Shown here: piece after piece, positions 1 through 7,291 of the stretch
Layout: each line of letters begins with the position of its first letter
Position numbering within the stretch: position 1 is the stretch's first letter
Assembly: GCA_034440375.1 (NCBI GenBank)
Contig: JAWXBZ010000246.1
Location: forward strand, 1-10,695
Source: Candidatus Eiseniibacteriota bacterium
Lineage (GTDB): Bacteria > Eisenbacteria > RBG-16-71-46 > JABDJR01 > JAWXBZ01
DNA length: 10,695 bases
Direction of reading: 5' to 3'
The notes under the pieces: generated by a model
What the model saw: only the letters and a program-made list of their open reading frames with translations
What the model was told of the DNA's origin: nothing
Databases searched by the model: none
Position numbers and translations under genes: made by a program

Positions 1-1
1 G

Positions 2-103
2 CGCATCGCAACCTTCCTGGGTGTGAGCAAACAGAACGGTGTGCCTCGTGTCGTTCAAGCAGCAATTGCAGTGAACTTTTACTGGTTCTGGATTTGCGCT
101 CAC
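2..103 (-). CDS. Partial CDS (N-terminus only; runs off the left edge), possibly a zinc-ribbon-led DUF4145/HEPN-like protein
   Basis: Manual translation from GTG at 103: MSANPEPVKVHCNCCLNDTRHTVLFAHTQEGCDA..., with AAGG upstream. The HCNxCxxxTxHxVL pattern resembles the N-terminal Zn-ribbon of DUF4145 proteins. Only 34 codons are visible and it is not in the ORF track. Confidence 0.4.
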   Translation of the reverse strand, partial: MSANPEPVKVHCNCCLNDTRHTVLFAHTQEGCDA

Positions 104-321
104 GGAAAACCTTTGTCTTAATCGAGGTAGGGAGCAGTTGATCGGCGGGTAGTTGCACGATGGCGCGACACCAAACCACCACTTCATGCTTCCCCAATGG
201 ACCACAGAAATGTCGCTTCGCGCTACAGACTACCAGCACTGAATTAGACAATGCGCCTTTCCCCCGGACTACGACATGTCGCAACGAGGGGCAGACCAGG
301 GGCAGGAATCCGCCCGTCCAG

Positions 322-485
322 CCCAAAATGGGCATGTTATGGGCAGGATTTCGGGCCTTTTTGGGCATTTTCATGCCCATCCGGAGGGGTAGAAATCATG
401 GCATCCGACATCGGGATAAAGACTTAGGCGATTTCACGAAATGGGCATGCCCCCGGCCGGGGTCGAAAACCATGCCCATTTTGGG
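322..485. repeat. Inverted-repeat array built on an ATGGGCA(TG) motif, upstream of the recombinase
   Basis: Perfect 15-bp inverted repeat CCCAAAATGGGCATG (322-336) / CATGCCCATTTTGGG (471-485). Further motif copies at 339-345, 361-367 (TTGGGCA), 374-380 (reverse) and 441-447. Confidence 0.8.
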
Positions 486-688
486 GCTGAAATCGGTCCC
501 TTTTCGACAGGCGATGCCGTTTTTTCGGGGATTTCCGGGAGGGGCGTGCCGTTTTTCGGTCACGCCGCCGGTCGATCGGGAGCGATTCCGTTCCCTCCGG
601 CCATGAGGGGCGCCGCACATTTCGACCGGCGCCGGTGGCCGGCAACAGCCGAGTTGATCTCCCCGCCAGGATACGGCTTCATTGGGAC

Positions 689-1273
689 ATGCCCACCCGC
701 TCCCCCGACACCCTAACCGCCGCCGAGCAAGCGGCTCTACTCCGGGCGTCCGCCGGCCACCCCCGGGACCACATTATATTGTCGTTCGCCCTGGGCACTG
801 GGCTTCGCCTCGGGGAAATCGTGGGCCTAAACGTTGGCGACGTGTTCACCTTGGACGGCACGCCACGAGTCCGGGTCCGGATCCGGGCCGAGATCGCCAA
901 GGGTGGCCGCGTCGGCGATGTGTTCCTGCCGGATGCGCTGGTCGCCAAGCTGCGCCAGTTCTGGTCCTCGAAGGCCGCCCGGTTCGAATCGCTGGCCCCG
1001 GCCGCTCCCCTACTCTGCAACCAGTCCGGTGATCGGATCTCGAAGCGCCGCGTGCAGATGGCCTACCACGGCTGGCAGGTCGCGGCCGGATTCGATCGGG
1101 CCTACTCATTTCATTCGCTGCGGCACACGGCGGTCACGACCGTTTATCGGGCGTCACGGGATCTGTTCCTGGCGCAGAGGTTTGCGCGGCATGCGTCGCC
1201 GTTGACGACGACTGTTTATGCGCATCCGTCGGACGAGGATCTCCTTGATGGCGTCCGGAGCCTGCGCTGCTAA
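689..1273 (+). CDS. Tyrosine recombinase/integrase, catalytic domain only (194 aa)
   Basis: Catalytic residues R (TGLRLGE), K (AKGG), HxxR (FHSLRHT), H (ARHAS) and Y (TTVYAH) are all present. ATG 689 (MPTRSPDTLT) is preferred over the ORF-track start at 635. Confidence 0.92.
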   Translation: MPTRSPDTLTAAEQAALLRASAGHPRDHIILSFALGTGLRLGEIVGLNVGDVFTLDGTPRVRVRIRAEIAKGGRVGDVFLPDALVAKLRQFWSSKAARFESLAPAAPLLCNQSGDRISKRRVQMAYHGWQVAAGFDRAYSFHSLRHTAVTTVYRASRDLFLAQRFARHASPLTTTVYAHPSDEDLLDGVRSLRC

Positions 1274-1283
1274 AATTGCCCGA

Positions 1284-1331
1284 TTGCCTCAAATGGACTA
1301 CTTGACTTATAATCAAGTCTCGCTCTAGCAT
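1284..1331 (+). promoter_or_regulatory. Putative sigma70-type promoter(s) with a palindromic operator for the TA operon
   Basis: TTGCCT (1284-1289)-18 bp-TATAAT (1308-1313), and TTGACT (1302-1307)-18 bp-TAGCAT (1326-1331). Near-perfect palindrome ACTTGA-C-TTATAA-TCAAGT at 1300-1318 overlaps both. Confidence 0.65.
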
Positions 1332-1337
1332 CGGGGG

Positions 1338-1619
1338 GTGAAAGAACCTCTGAAGCCGGCGGATGCCGAGCGCCTCATTGCCAGGATTCTGGAGGAGGGT
1401 GCCGTTCGTTACAGCCGGCACGCCTTTCAGGAAATGGCCAACGACGAACTCGCGACGCTCGACATCGAGAATATCCTGCGGGCTGGGGTCGTCGAGCCGG
1501 CGGAGTTTGAAAACGGATCCTGGCGTTACCGGGTCCGAACACCTCGTATGATGGCCGTGGTGGCGTTCCGATCCGAGAGCCAGCTCGTTGTAGTGACGGC
1601 CTGGCGGGAGAAGAAGTGA
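1338..1619 (+). CDS. DUF4258-family (RelE-like) putative toxin
   Basis: 93 aa with the YSRHAFQEM...DIENIL..G...W.YRV...VVVTAW pattern typical of DUF4258. Lies directly upstream of a zinc-finger/HTH antitoxin gene. Confidence 0.8.
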   Translation: MKEPLKPADAERLIARILEEGAVRYSRHAFQEMANDELATLDIENILRAGVVEPAEFENGSWRYRVRTPRMMAVVAFRSESQLVVVTAWREKK

Positions 1620-1621
1620 TT

Positions 1622-2122
1622 ATGAAGAAGAACCTGCAGTCAGGCTCCCACTGCATCTCGTGTGGCGCAACTATGACCAGTGGTCGGGAGAAATACCGGT
1701 ACGTGGAAAGCGGTCTGCCAAATGTAACCCTGGTCAATGTCGAGATCTTGCGTTGCCCGAAGTGTGGTGAATTCGAACTGGTGATTCCAAAGATGGCGCA
1801 ACTCCATCGCTTCATCGCCGGCGTGCTGGCCAATAAGACGGAACGACTGACGAATCACGAAGTCCGATTTCTCCGGAAGCATATAGGGTGGTCCGGCGTG
1901 GACTTTGCCCGGAGCTTCGGGGTCACTCCGGAAACCGTCTCTCGCTGGGAGAGCGGCGCTCAGTCAATGAATTCGATGGCCGAGCGTCTGCTCCGGATTT
2001 TGTCGATGGATCGCGAGCCGATTCGGGACTATTCGATCCTGGAAAAGCTCGGGAGCGAGTCTCCTCGGAAGCCTCGCCCCATTCACGTCGCCATGGAACG
2101 CGAATGGGCATTGGCGGCATAG
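1622..2122 (+). CDS. MqsA-like antitoxin (YgiT-type zinc finger + XRE HTH)
   Basis: CISC...CPKC zinc ribbon followed by an XRE-type HTH (EVRFLRKHIGWSGVDFARSFGVTPETVSRWESG). The start is ATG 1622 or GTG 1616, which overlaps the toxin stop. Confidence 0.88.
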   Translation: MKKNLQSGSHCISCGATMTSGREKYRYVESGLPNVTLVNVEILRCPKCGEFELVIPKMAQLHRFIAGVLANKTERLTNHEVRFLRKHIGWSGVDFARSFGVTPETVSRWESGAQSMNSMAERLLRILSMDREPIRDYSILEKLGSESPRKPRPIHVAMEREWALAA

Positions 2123-2132
2123 CGCATCGTCA

Positions 2133-3743
2133 TCACGACATCATCGCCACAATCTGCACCCGCTGCTCCGGCGTCAACGGCATGTGTATGGATTCCAGCC
2201 CCATCAGCCCGTAGGTGAACGCCAGCGAGTAATGGTCGGCCCCGGTTCGGACATAGCGGTATTTCTTAGCCCCGGTGTCGGCATCCTCGTCCAGGATCTT
2301 GGCATTGGCAGACAAGTGCTGGGCAAAGAGTTCCAGCTCCGGTGACCGTGGCGGCAGCGCGATCTTCTTCTCCCGGATGATGGCCCGGGAGGCGTCCAGG
2401 GCTTCTGTTCTATTGATCTCGACCTTGTAGTTGTCGTCATCCCACTTGGCCGATCCCCGCTGGCTCTCGTTGAAGAAGCAGAGGTGGATGTCCCGGCGAT
2501 TATGGCGCTTGGCGAAGTCCCGAGTGGCATGGGTCTCCGGCATCCCGTCGATGACGCAGCTTCGGACGTTGAACCGCCGCATGAGCAGGTCCAGCTCCGC
2601 GAACTCCCGGCAGGTCTGGACATGGGCGATCCTGGGTTTCACGCGCTGGTACCAGTCCCGCTGCAGGATGACCACGTGGAGTTCCTTGCCCGTGTCCACG
2701 CCCATGACGCTGATCCAGCGATGTGGATCGATCTGGGGTTCGGTGCCGCAGAGGTCCAGGACGGCCTGAATGTCGAGGCGCCGTTCCAAGTCTGCCCAGG
2801 GGATCCCGATTTTCAAGTTGTAGAAGCGTTCGGGAAACCGAGTGTTCTGGTACTCAGCCAGGATGTCGCCCGGATCGACCTTGCTGCTGAAGAGCTGGGA
2901 GATGCGGTAGCCATGCACTTTCCGGTCCGGGTAGTCGGCGATCCACTCGCCTTTCTCCAAGTCCAATTCAGCACTGCACTTGGGACAGGCCCGGAAAAAG
3001 GTGTCGTCGGAACGCTGGCGAATTATCGTCACTGGCTGACGAAGTTTCGTCGGGAACTCCTTCTCCAGGCAGGTCCAGTGGTTACAGGCGGGACACTTCA
3101 AGGTCCAGTGCCGCTGGTCGGACTTCTCGAACTGCTCGTCGATTCCATAGCCCGGGAGGCTGGGATTCGATAGCTCGATCACCCGCTTGTAGTCCGAATG
3201 GGCCAGCCGTTCCCAGGCCATCGCCCTGGCGTCCGGGGTGGCTTCGTCCAGCTCGTCGAACACGATTAGGTCGGCCGGGACGGACTTCATGCCGACACTT
3301 GATTGCATTCCGCGAAAATACAAATGGGCATCGCCGATCCGCTTCAGGCCGGCCGTGTCCGTGTCGGTCATCCGCTTGAGCAAGAATGCGTTGTCGTGGA
3401 GCAACGGACCGACGCGGGCTTTCGAGAAGTCGATGACGTCCGTCCGGGTCGGAAAGTAGTAGACAACGTTCAGGCCGTTGAGGCAGGCATGGATGCTCCT
3501 GAGCAGGGCCCAGACCGTCCCACCGATCTGAGCGGCTTTGGACAGGACGATGTGCGGACTCTGGTCGTCGTAGATGGCTCGGAGGTACTCGTGACCGGCG
3601 AAACTGAATGGGCGGCCATCCAGGCGGATGTTCTTGACCGACCAGTTGGCCAAAGGATCGCTGGTCGCCCCGGGTCGTCGGCGTGGCCAGTTCGGTCGAT
3701 CGCCTGCGGAGGTAACTGAGTGCCGATGCGCTTGTCCGTCCAC
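2133..3743 (-). CDS. Phage terminase large subunit, lambda gpA-like
   Basis: Walker A-like KAAQIGGT, Walker B LIVFDELDE, coupling motif LSNP, zinc ribbon CPAC...CPKC, and RNase H-like nuclease acids (MGVDTG, CVIDG, ADHY). The start is uncertain: in-frame GTG 3743, or GTG 3756 with a +1 frameshift (see findings). Confidence 0.9.
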   Translation of the reverse strand: MDGQAHRHSVTSAGDRPNWPRRRPGATSDPLANWSVKNIRLDGRPFSFAGHEYLRAIYDDQSPHIVLSKAAQIGGTVWALLRSIHACLNGLNVVYYFPTRTDVIDFSKARVGPLLHDNAFLLKRMTDTDTAGLKRIGDAHLYFRGMQSSVGMKSVPADLIVFDELDEATPDARAMAWERLAHSDYKRVIELSNPSLPGYGIDEQFEKSDQRHWTLKCPACNHWTCLEKEFPTKLRQPVTIIRQRSDDTFFRACPKCSAELDLEKGEWIADYPDRKVHGYRISQLFSSKVDPGDILAEYQNTRFPERFYNLKIGIPWADLERRLDIQAVLDLCGTEPQIDPHRWISVMGVDTGKELHVVILQRDWYQRVKPRIAHVQTCREFAELDLLMRRFNVRSCVIDGMPETHATRDFAKRHNRRDIHLCFFNESQRGSAKWDDDNYKVEINRTEALDASRAIIREKKIALPPRSPELELFAQHLSANAKILDEDADTGAKKYRYVRTGADHYSLAFTYGLMGLESIHMPLTPEQRVQIVAMMS

Positions 3744-3756
3744 CCTTGCCAGCCAC

Positions 3757-4311
3757 TTACTCCCCCTCCCCGGCACCGATCGTTTCCGCCGGCATCGACT
3801 CCAGTAGCGCTTTCCGAATTCGATCCCGGACATCCTCATCGCTGACGTTGTCCTTGACCGCGTCGATGAAGGCATCAATCAACTTCCGCTGGGTGGCTTC
3901 GGCCTCGGCCCGGATCTGTTCCTCGGACTCCCCCGTGACCGACAGGCCTTTGGCCAGCCGCTGCCCCTTCTGTGCCCGGTCCATGATGCCGGCAAGCTTA
4001 ACCATCTCGTCAACCTCAATTGCCGGCCGCGCCTTCAGATCCTCCATCATCTTGACCAGGAGTAGCTCCCAAATTCTGAAGTGCCTCACGTTCAGCGTGA
4101 CGCGATCTGTGGCCAGTTTTTCGACGAGCATCTCCGAGGCCCGCCGGTCGATCTTCATCCGCAGGTCATCCCACCCCTCCTCCTTCCGCCAGCGGCCGAC
4201 GGTGTGGGGTTTCACCTTGAGCCTCTTGGCGATCTCGGCGTTGCTGGTCAGCTCTCCGGAGAGGTACAGACGCCGGGCTTCCTCGCGGCGTTTGGTGGGG
4301 GTCTGCTTCAT
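3757..4311 (-). CDS. HTH protein, probable terminase small subunit (184 aa)
   Basis: N-terminal HTH (EEARRLYLSG..SNAEIAKRLKVKPHTVGRWRKEEGW) followed by a helical region. Lies immediately upstream of the large terminase; ATG 4311 overlaps the upstream stop (ATGA). Confidence 0.72.
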   Translation of the reverse strand: MKQTPTKRREEARRLYLSGELTSNAEIAKRLKVKPHTVGRWRKEEGWDDLRMKIDRRASEMLVEKLATDRVTLNVRHFRIWELLLVKMMEDLKARPAIEVDEMVKLAGIMDRAQKGQRLAKGLSVTGESEEQIRAEAEATQRKLIDAFIDAVKDNVSDEDVRDRIRKALLESMPAETIGAGEGE

Positions 4312-4547
4312 TGGGGCTTCCGGGCCATTCGCCAGGACTTGGCGCGGCAGGCGGTCGAGCAGAACTGCCTCTTGCACCGCCGCCCATGACAGACCGTCTC
4401 ACGTCCGCACTCCACACAGGCCACGGTTAGCGTTCTGGTGGTGCGCATAGCGTTCGTTCTATTCTCGGGACTTGGTGGACCTCCGATAGCGTTCGGGGTT
4501 CTACGGGTCTCTGCGAGCATTGGCTGCATTGCCGATTGGGTTGTCAT
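4308..4547 (-). CDS. Small zinc-finger protein (79 aa)
   Basis: CVEC...RQFCSTACR treble-clef-like Cys pattern. ATGA overlaps with both neighbours (4544-4547 and 4308-4311). Confidence 0.7.
   Translation of the reverse strand: MTTQSAMQPMLAETRRTPNAIGGPPSPENRTNAMRTTRTLTVACVECGRETVCHGRRCKRQFCSTACRAKSWRMARKPQ
4427..4495. repeat. Three direct repeats of TAGCGTTC
   Basis: Copies start at 4428, 4448 and 4487. The last two extend to ATAGCGTTCG. Confidence 0.6.
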
Positions 4548-5221
4548 TGCGCCACCGCCCCGTCCAGGAACCGGGACGCCAGATTCGCCAGCCCGCGCGC
4601 CTTTCGATCCCGACCCGGGGTCCCGTCCGAAGCCATCTCGACGGCCCGGTCGATGAGTTCTTCCTGCTCGACCGAAACGACAAAGTTCATCACTCGGGGC
4701 AGCACCTTTTCCGCTTCCTCCCCCTCGGCCTCAAGCATGGCGGCGATCTCCTCGGCCGGGAACTCGAGAAGCGCGTGCAATTCCTCCAACTGCTTGTCCG
4801 TTTCCGGGAGAAGGCCGGCCAGGTCTTCGAGGTTCATCTCGCCGAGCAGTTCGTGGATGAGCTTGGCCCGGAGGATCGGCTGGTCCGAGCCTTCGAGCCG
4901 GTTCAATGTCGCCAACAGCAGCTTTGCCTCCCGATCGCTGACCTGCCAGACGTCGCACCGGGCATCCGTGTGGCCCAGATCCCGAAGCACTTGGATTCTG
5001 TGGTGGCCGTCCAGGACCTGGTACTTGCCAGCCTCGTCGGGATGCGGTCGGACCACGATGAATGGGTACCGGCCGGTCCGCTTAATGTGAGCCTTGAGCT
5101 TCTCCCGTAGGTCATCCGGCAAGCGATTGGAATTCAACGGGTGCGGCACCAGGTCGGCGATCGGGACCAGCTTGGCCCCCAGATGCGCCGCCTTCGATTC
5201 AGTGGACTTGTCGTTCGACAT
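4544..5221 (-). CDS. ParB/Sulfiredoxin N-terminal domain protein (225 aa)
   Basis: VPIADLVPHPLNSN...PFIVVRP...YQVLDGHHR motif. GGAGG Shine-Dalgarno precedes ATG 5221. Confidence 0.88.
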   Translation of the reverse strand: MSNDKSTESKAAHLGAKLVPIADLVPHPLNSNRLPDDLREKLKAHIKRTGRYPFIVVRPHPDEAGKYQVLDGHHRIQVLRDLGHTDARCDVWQVSDREAKLLLATLNRLEGSDQPILRAKLIHELLGEMNLEDLAGLLPETDKQLEELHALLEFPAEEIAAMLEAEGEEAEKVLPRVMNFVVSVEQEELIDRAVEMASDGTPGRDRKARGLANLASRFLDGAVAQ

Positions 5222-6308
5222 GTTTCCTCCCATCCACGAGGCCAGCGACTGCCGCCTCATCCCAGCCAATTACCAAGAGCTCGCGGTTCTTCTCTTTCTT
5301 CTCAGCCGTCGCAACTGCCGGCATGTGCTGATATTGGATTTCAAGGGTTCGGGCTTTTCGGCCCAGTCGCAACATCTTGGCTTCGAGATCACCGGCAGTC
5401 GTCGCTACATTTCCGAAACTGACAATCACGACGGGAACATGCGAGGCTGCCTCAAGCAACGTGTCGATATGAGCCGCTCCGCCCTTGAGCGAGAATGGGC
5501 TGGGGGAGCGCGTCAGCCCCTCGACCATCTTGTCGATGACCTTGTACTCGCGCTCGTATGCCATCGATTGCTCGTACGGCGGATCGGCATACATGACGGC
5601 TGCGTCGATCTCGGGCAGTGCCTCAAACGTGCTCTGTTTGATTACCCGACCCCTCCCCTCACAGACACCTCCGTTGATGGCTTGTGCCAGCGCCCACAGT
5701 CGTTCTGGCCGTGTCAACCGCATGCCGGAAACGAAGTGGCCGACACAACTTTCGGTGATCGATTCGAATTCGCCCGTCGACACTCGGTGCATCGTCCCGC
5801 TTCTGACTTGGCTCATCGGATGGCAGAGAAGAGCGGTGCGAATGGCCAGCAGTTTGATGAGGGCTGCCTTCGATTCGTCCGCCGTCTCCCCGGCGATTCG
5901 AAATGCGCGGTCCAGAAATCGACCCTGGCTTCTCGTGAAAATGTTTGGGGTCATCTCGGACTCGATCAGGCCAGGACTTGCGTTGTCGTCGGCAGCAAGC
6001 CGGACGATGTCCTCCCACCGAAGTCGAACCCGTGAATTCTCGATGAGAGCCTTTCCCACGATGATTGAGCGTTCCGCGATGTCGGTGCAGATGACATTGA
6101 ATGACTGCATTTTTGCGAACAGGCTGGCACTGCCACCTCCCAAGAACGCGTCGTAAAAGGTCAACCCATTCCAGTGGCGCCGCGGAATCAGTCGGTCGAT
6201 TTCCCTGAAGATCAGGGGTGCAAGCTTCCGTTTCCCGCCCAAAAATGGTGGCAAACTGCTCCAGAAACTGAGCTTTCTGCTCCTTGGCTGCCGCGTCATC
6301 ACAGGCAT
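5199..6308 (-). CDS. DNA N6-adenine methyltransferase (Dam/D12-like, alpha class), orphan
   Basis: Motif X PFLGGKRKL, motif I YDAFLGGGS and motif IV ADPPY occur in alpha order. Strong GGAGGAGG Shine-Dalgarno. No adjacent restriction enzyme is evident. Confidence 0.9.
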   Translation of the reverse strand: MPVMTRQPRSRKLSFWSSLPPFLGGKRKLAPLIFREIDRLIPRRHWNGLTFYDAFLGGGSASLFAKMQSFNVICTDIAERSIIVGKALIENSRVRLRWEDIVRLAADDNASPGLIESEMTPNIFTRSQGRFLDRAFRIAGETADESKAALIKLLAIRTALLCHPMSQVRSGTMHRVSTGEFESITESCVGHFVSGMRLTRPERLWALAQAINGGVCEGRGRVIKQSTFEALPEIDAAVMYADPPYEQSMAYEREYKVIDKMVEGLTRSPSPFSLKGGAAHIDTLLEAASHVPVVIVSFGNVATTAGDLEAKMLRLGRKARTLEIQYQHMPAVATAEKKEKNRELLVIGWDEAAVAGLVDGRKHVERQVH

Positions 6309-6419
6309 ATCACTCCTCCTCCCAGCGGACAGATTTCGTCCGGTCCCATTCCCCCAACAATCGACATCCTGAAGCGCAATTCTCTTGAGCTTGTCCCCGT
6401 GCAGCGCGTGAATGGTGTT

Positions 6420-6442
6420 GTGCCGAGCATGGTGCCCGGCAC
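6420..6442 (+). promoter_or_regulatory. Hairpin just upstream of the RBS of the 6458 gene
   Basis: GTGCCGAGCA-TGG-TGCCCGGCAC forms a 10-bp stem with one mismatch; GGAGG follows at 6448-6452. Confidence 0.4.
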
Positions 6443-6457
6443 GAATCGGAGGTCACC

Positions 6458-6667
6458 ATGAAGAACCCGACCGCCACCGACGCCTTCGCCGCCGCAATCG
6501 AGGCCGCGCGGGTCGACATGGAATCGATCCAGGAAATGCTCGAGGACCACCTGAGCATCGACCCGGAAAACGTCCACTGGGGACATGTCGGGGATGCGAA
6601 CCGGCTCCGGGATGAACTGAAGGCAATCGCCGATCGGCTGCTTTATCGCGGCGAATACGCGAGTTGA
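6458..6667 (+). CDS. Small phage-associated hypothetical protein with a WGHVG motif (69 aa)
   Basis: GGAGG RBS and high-GC3 codons. The DH...PENVHWGHVG...GEYA pattern is one I recall from small genes near terminase/methylase loci in prophages. Confidence 0.8.
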   Translation: MKNPTATDAFAAAIEAARVDMESIQEMLEDHLSIDPENVHWGHVGDANRLRDELKAIADRLLYRGEYAS

Positions 6668-6670
6668 CGA

Positions 6671-7273
6671 ATGCTGACCCTCTCGCTCACTCGCCAGCGG
6701 ATCTCGATCGCCTCGATCCATGAGGGCCAGATCAGGGTCCGCGACCTGTCCAAGCAGATCGGCGGCACGGAGTTCTACATCGCCCACCCGAAAAAAGGCG
6801 CGGTCATTCGCGATCGCAATCGGATCGTCGGTCACATCAGCTACAACGCCCGCTGGTGGCCAATCGGGATTCCCCATGCCGAGATGGGGCCAAACAACCT
6901 CGGAGACCTGATGAACGTCGTTCACCACTCACACCCAAAGGAGATCGCCATGTCCAAGTCGAAGAGTCCGAAGAACCCGGTGGCCACCCCCGTCACGGAT
7001 GCCGCCGAACCGGTGACCGTGACGACGGCCAGCAAGAAGGCCGAGGCCAAGGTGGCCAAGGCCGAAAAGGCGCCGAAGGCCCGGAAGACGCCGGTGGAAG
7101 ACCTGGTCGTCTTCGCCTTCCGCCTGACGCCGGCCGAACGCGACGCGATCCACGCCGCCGCCGGACCGGCCAAGGCATCGAAGTTCGTCCGGGCCATCGC
7201 CCTGGCGGCGGCGAATCGGGACGAGGCGCTGGTGGCGACGATCTTGAAGGGGGTGATGGCCACGGACGCCTGA
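6671..7273 (+). CDS. Hypothetical protein (200 aa), apparently two units in one frame; the N-terminal unit carries a GHISYNARWW motif
   Basis: ATG 3 nt after the previous stop and an open frame to TGA 7273. An internal strong start lies at 6950. Confidence 0.5.
   Translation: MLTLSLTRQRISIASIHEGQIRVRDLSKQIGGTEFYIAHPKKGAVIRDRNRIVGHISYNARWWPIGIPHAEMGPNNLGDLMNVVHHSHPKEIAMSKSKSPKNPVATPVTDAAEPVTVTTASKKAEAKVAKAEKAPKARKTPVEDLVVFAFRLTPAERDAIHAAAGPAKASKFVRAIALAAANRDEALVATILKGVMATDA
6950..7273 (+). CDS. Lys/Ala-rich protein with a probable ribbon-helix-helix DNA-binding domain (107 aa)
   Basis: AAGGAG (6938-6943) precedes ATG 6950. A basic low-complexity N-terminus is followed by VVFAFRLTPAERDAIHAAAG..ASKFVRAIAL, a strand-helix-helix pattern. 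Confidence 0.65.
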   Translation: MSKSKSPKNPVATPVTDAAEPVTVTTASKKAEAKVAKAEKAPKARKTPVEDLVVFAFRLTPAERDAIHAAAGPAKASKFVRAIALAAANRDEALVATILKGVMATDA

Positions 7274-7291
7274 TCGCCAGACCAGATCTGC

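Noticed and set aside
272-636. Isolated short palindromes CGACATGTCG (272-281) and ACCGGCGCCGGT (625-636)
   Set aside because: Short GC-rich palindromes are expected by chance, and there is no supporting context.
160-716. Overlapping ORFs 160..606, 396..620, 424..645 and 441..716
   Set aside because: No recognisable motifs, and they run across the repeat array; most likely chance ORFs in GC-rich non-coding DNA.
3082-3660. Remainder of the 224-aa minus-strand ORF 3082..3756 as an independent gene
   Set aside because: Beyond about codon 30 it overlaps the terminase out of frame and is Arg/Pro-rich; only its first part is considered plausible.
3757-3878. ORF-track N-terminal extension of the terminase to 3878
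   Set aside because: It overlaps the terS gene out of frame by over 100 nt and has no clear RBS.
5094-6035. 313-aa plus-strand ORF
   Set aside because: Antisense shadow of the methyltransferase gene with no motifs.
6299-6928. Minus-strand ORFs 6299..6928 and 6310..6558 ending at the MTase start
   Set aside because: Antisense to better-supported plus-strand genes, with no motifs.
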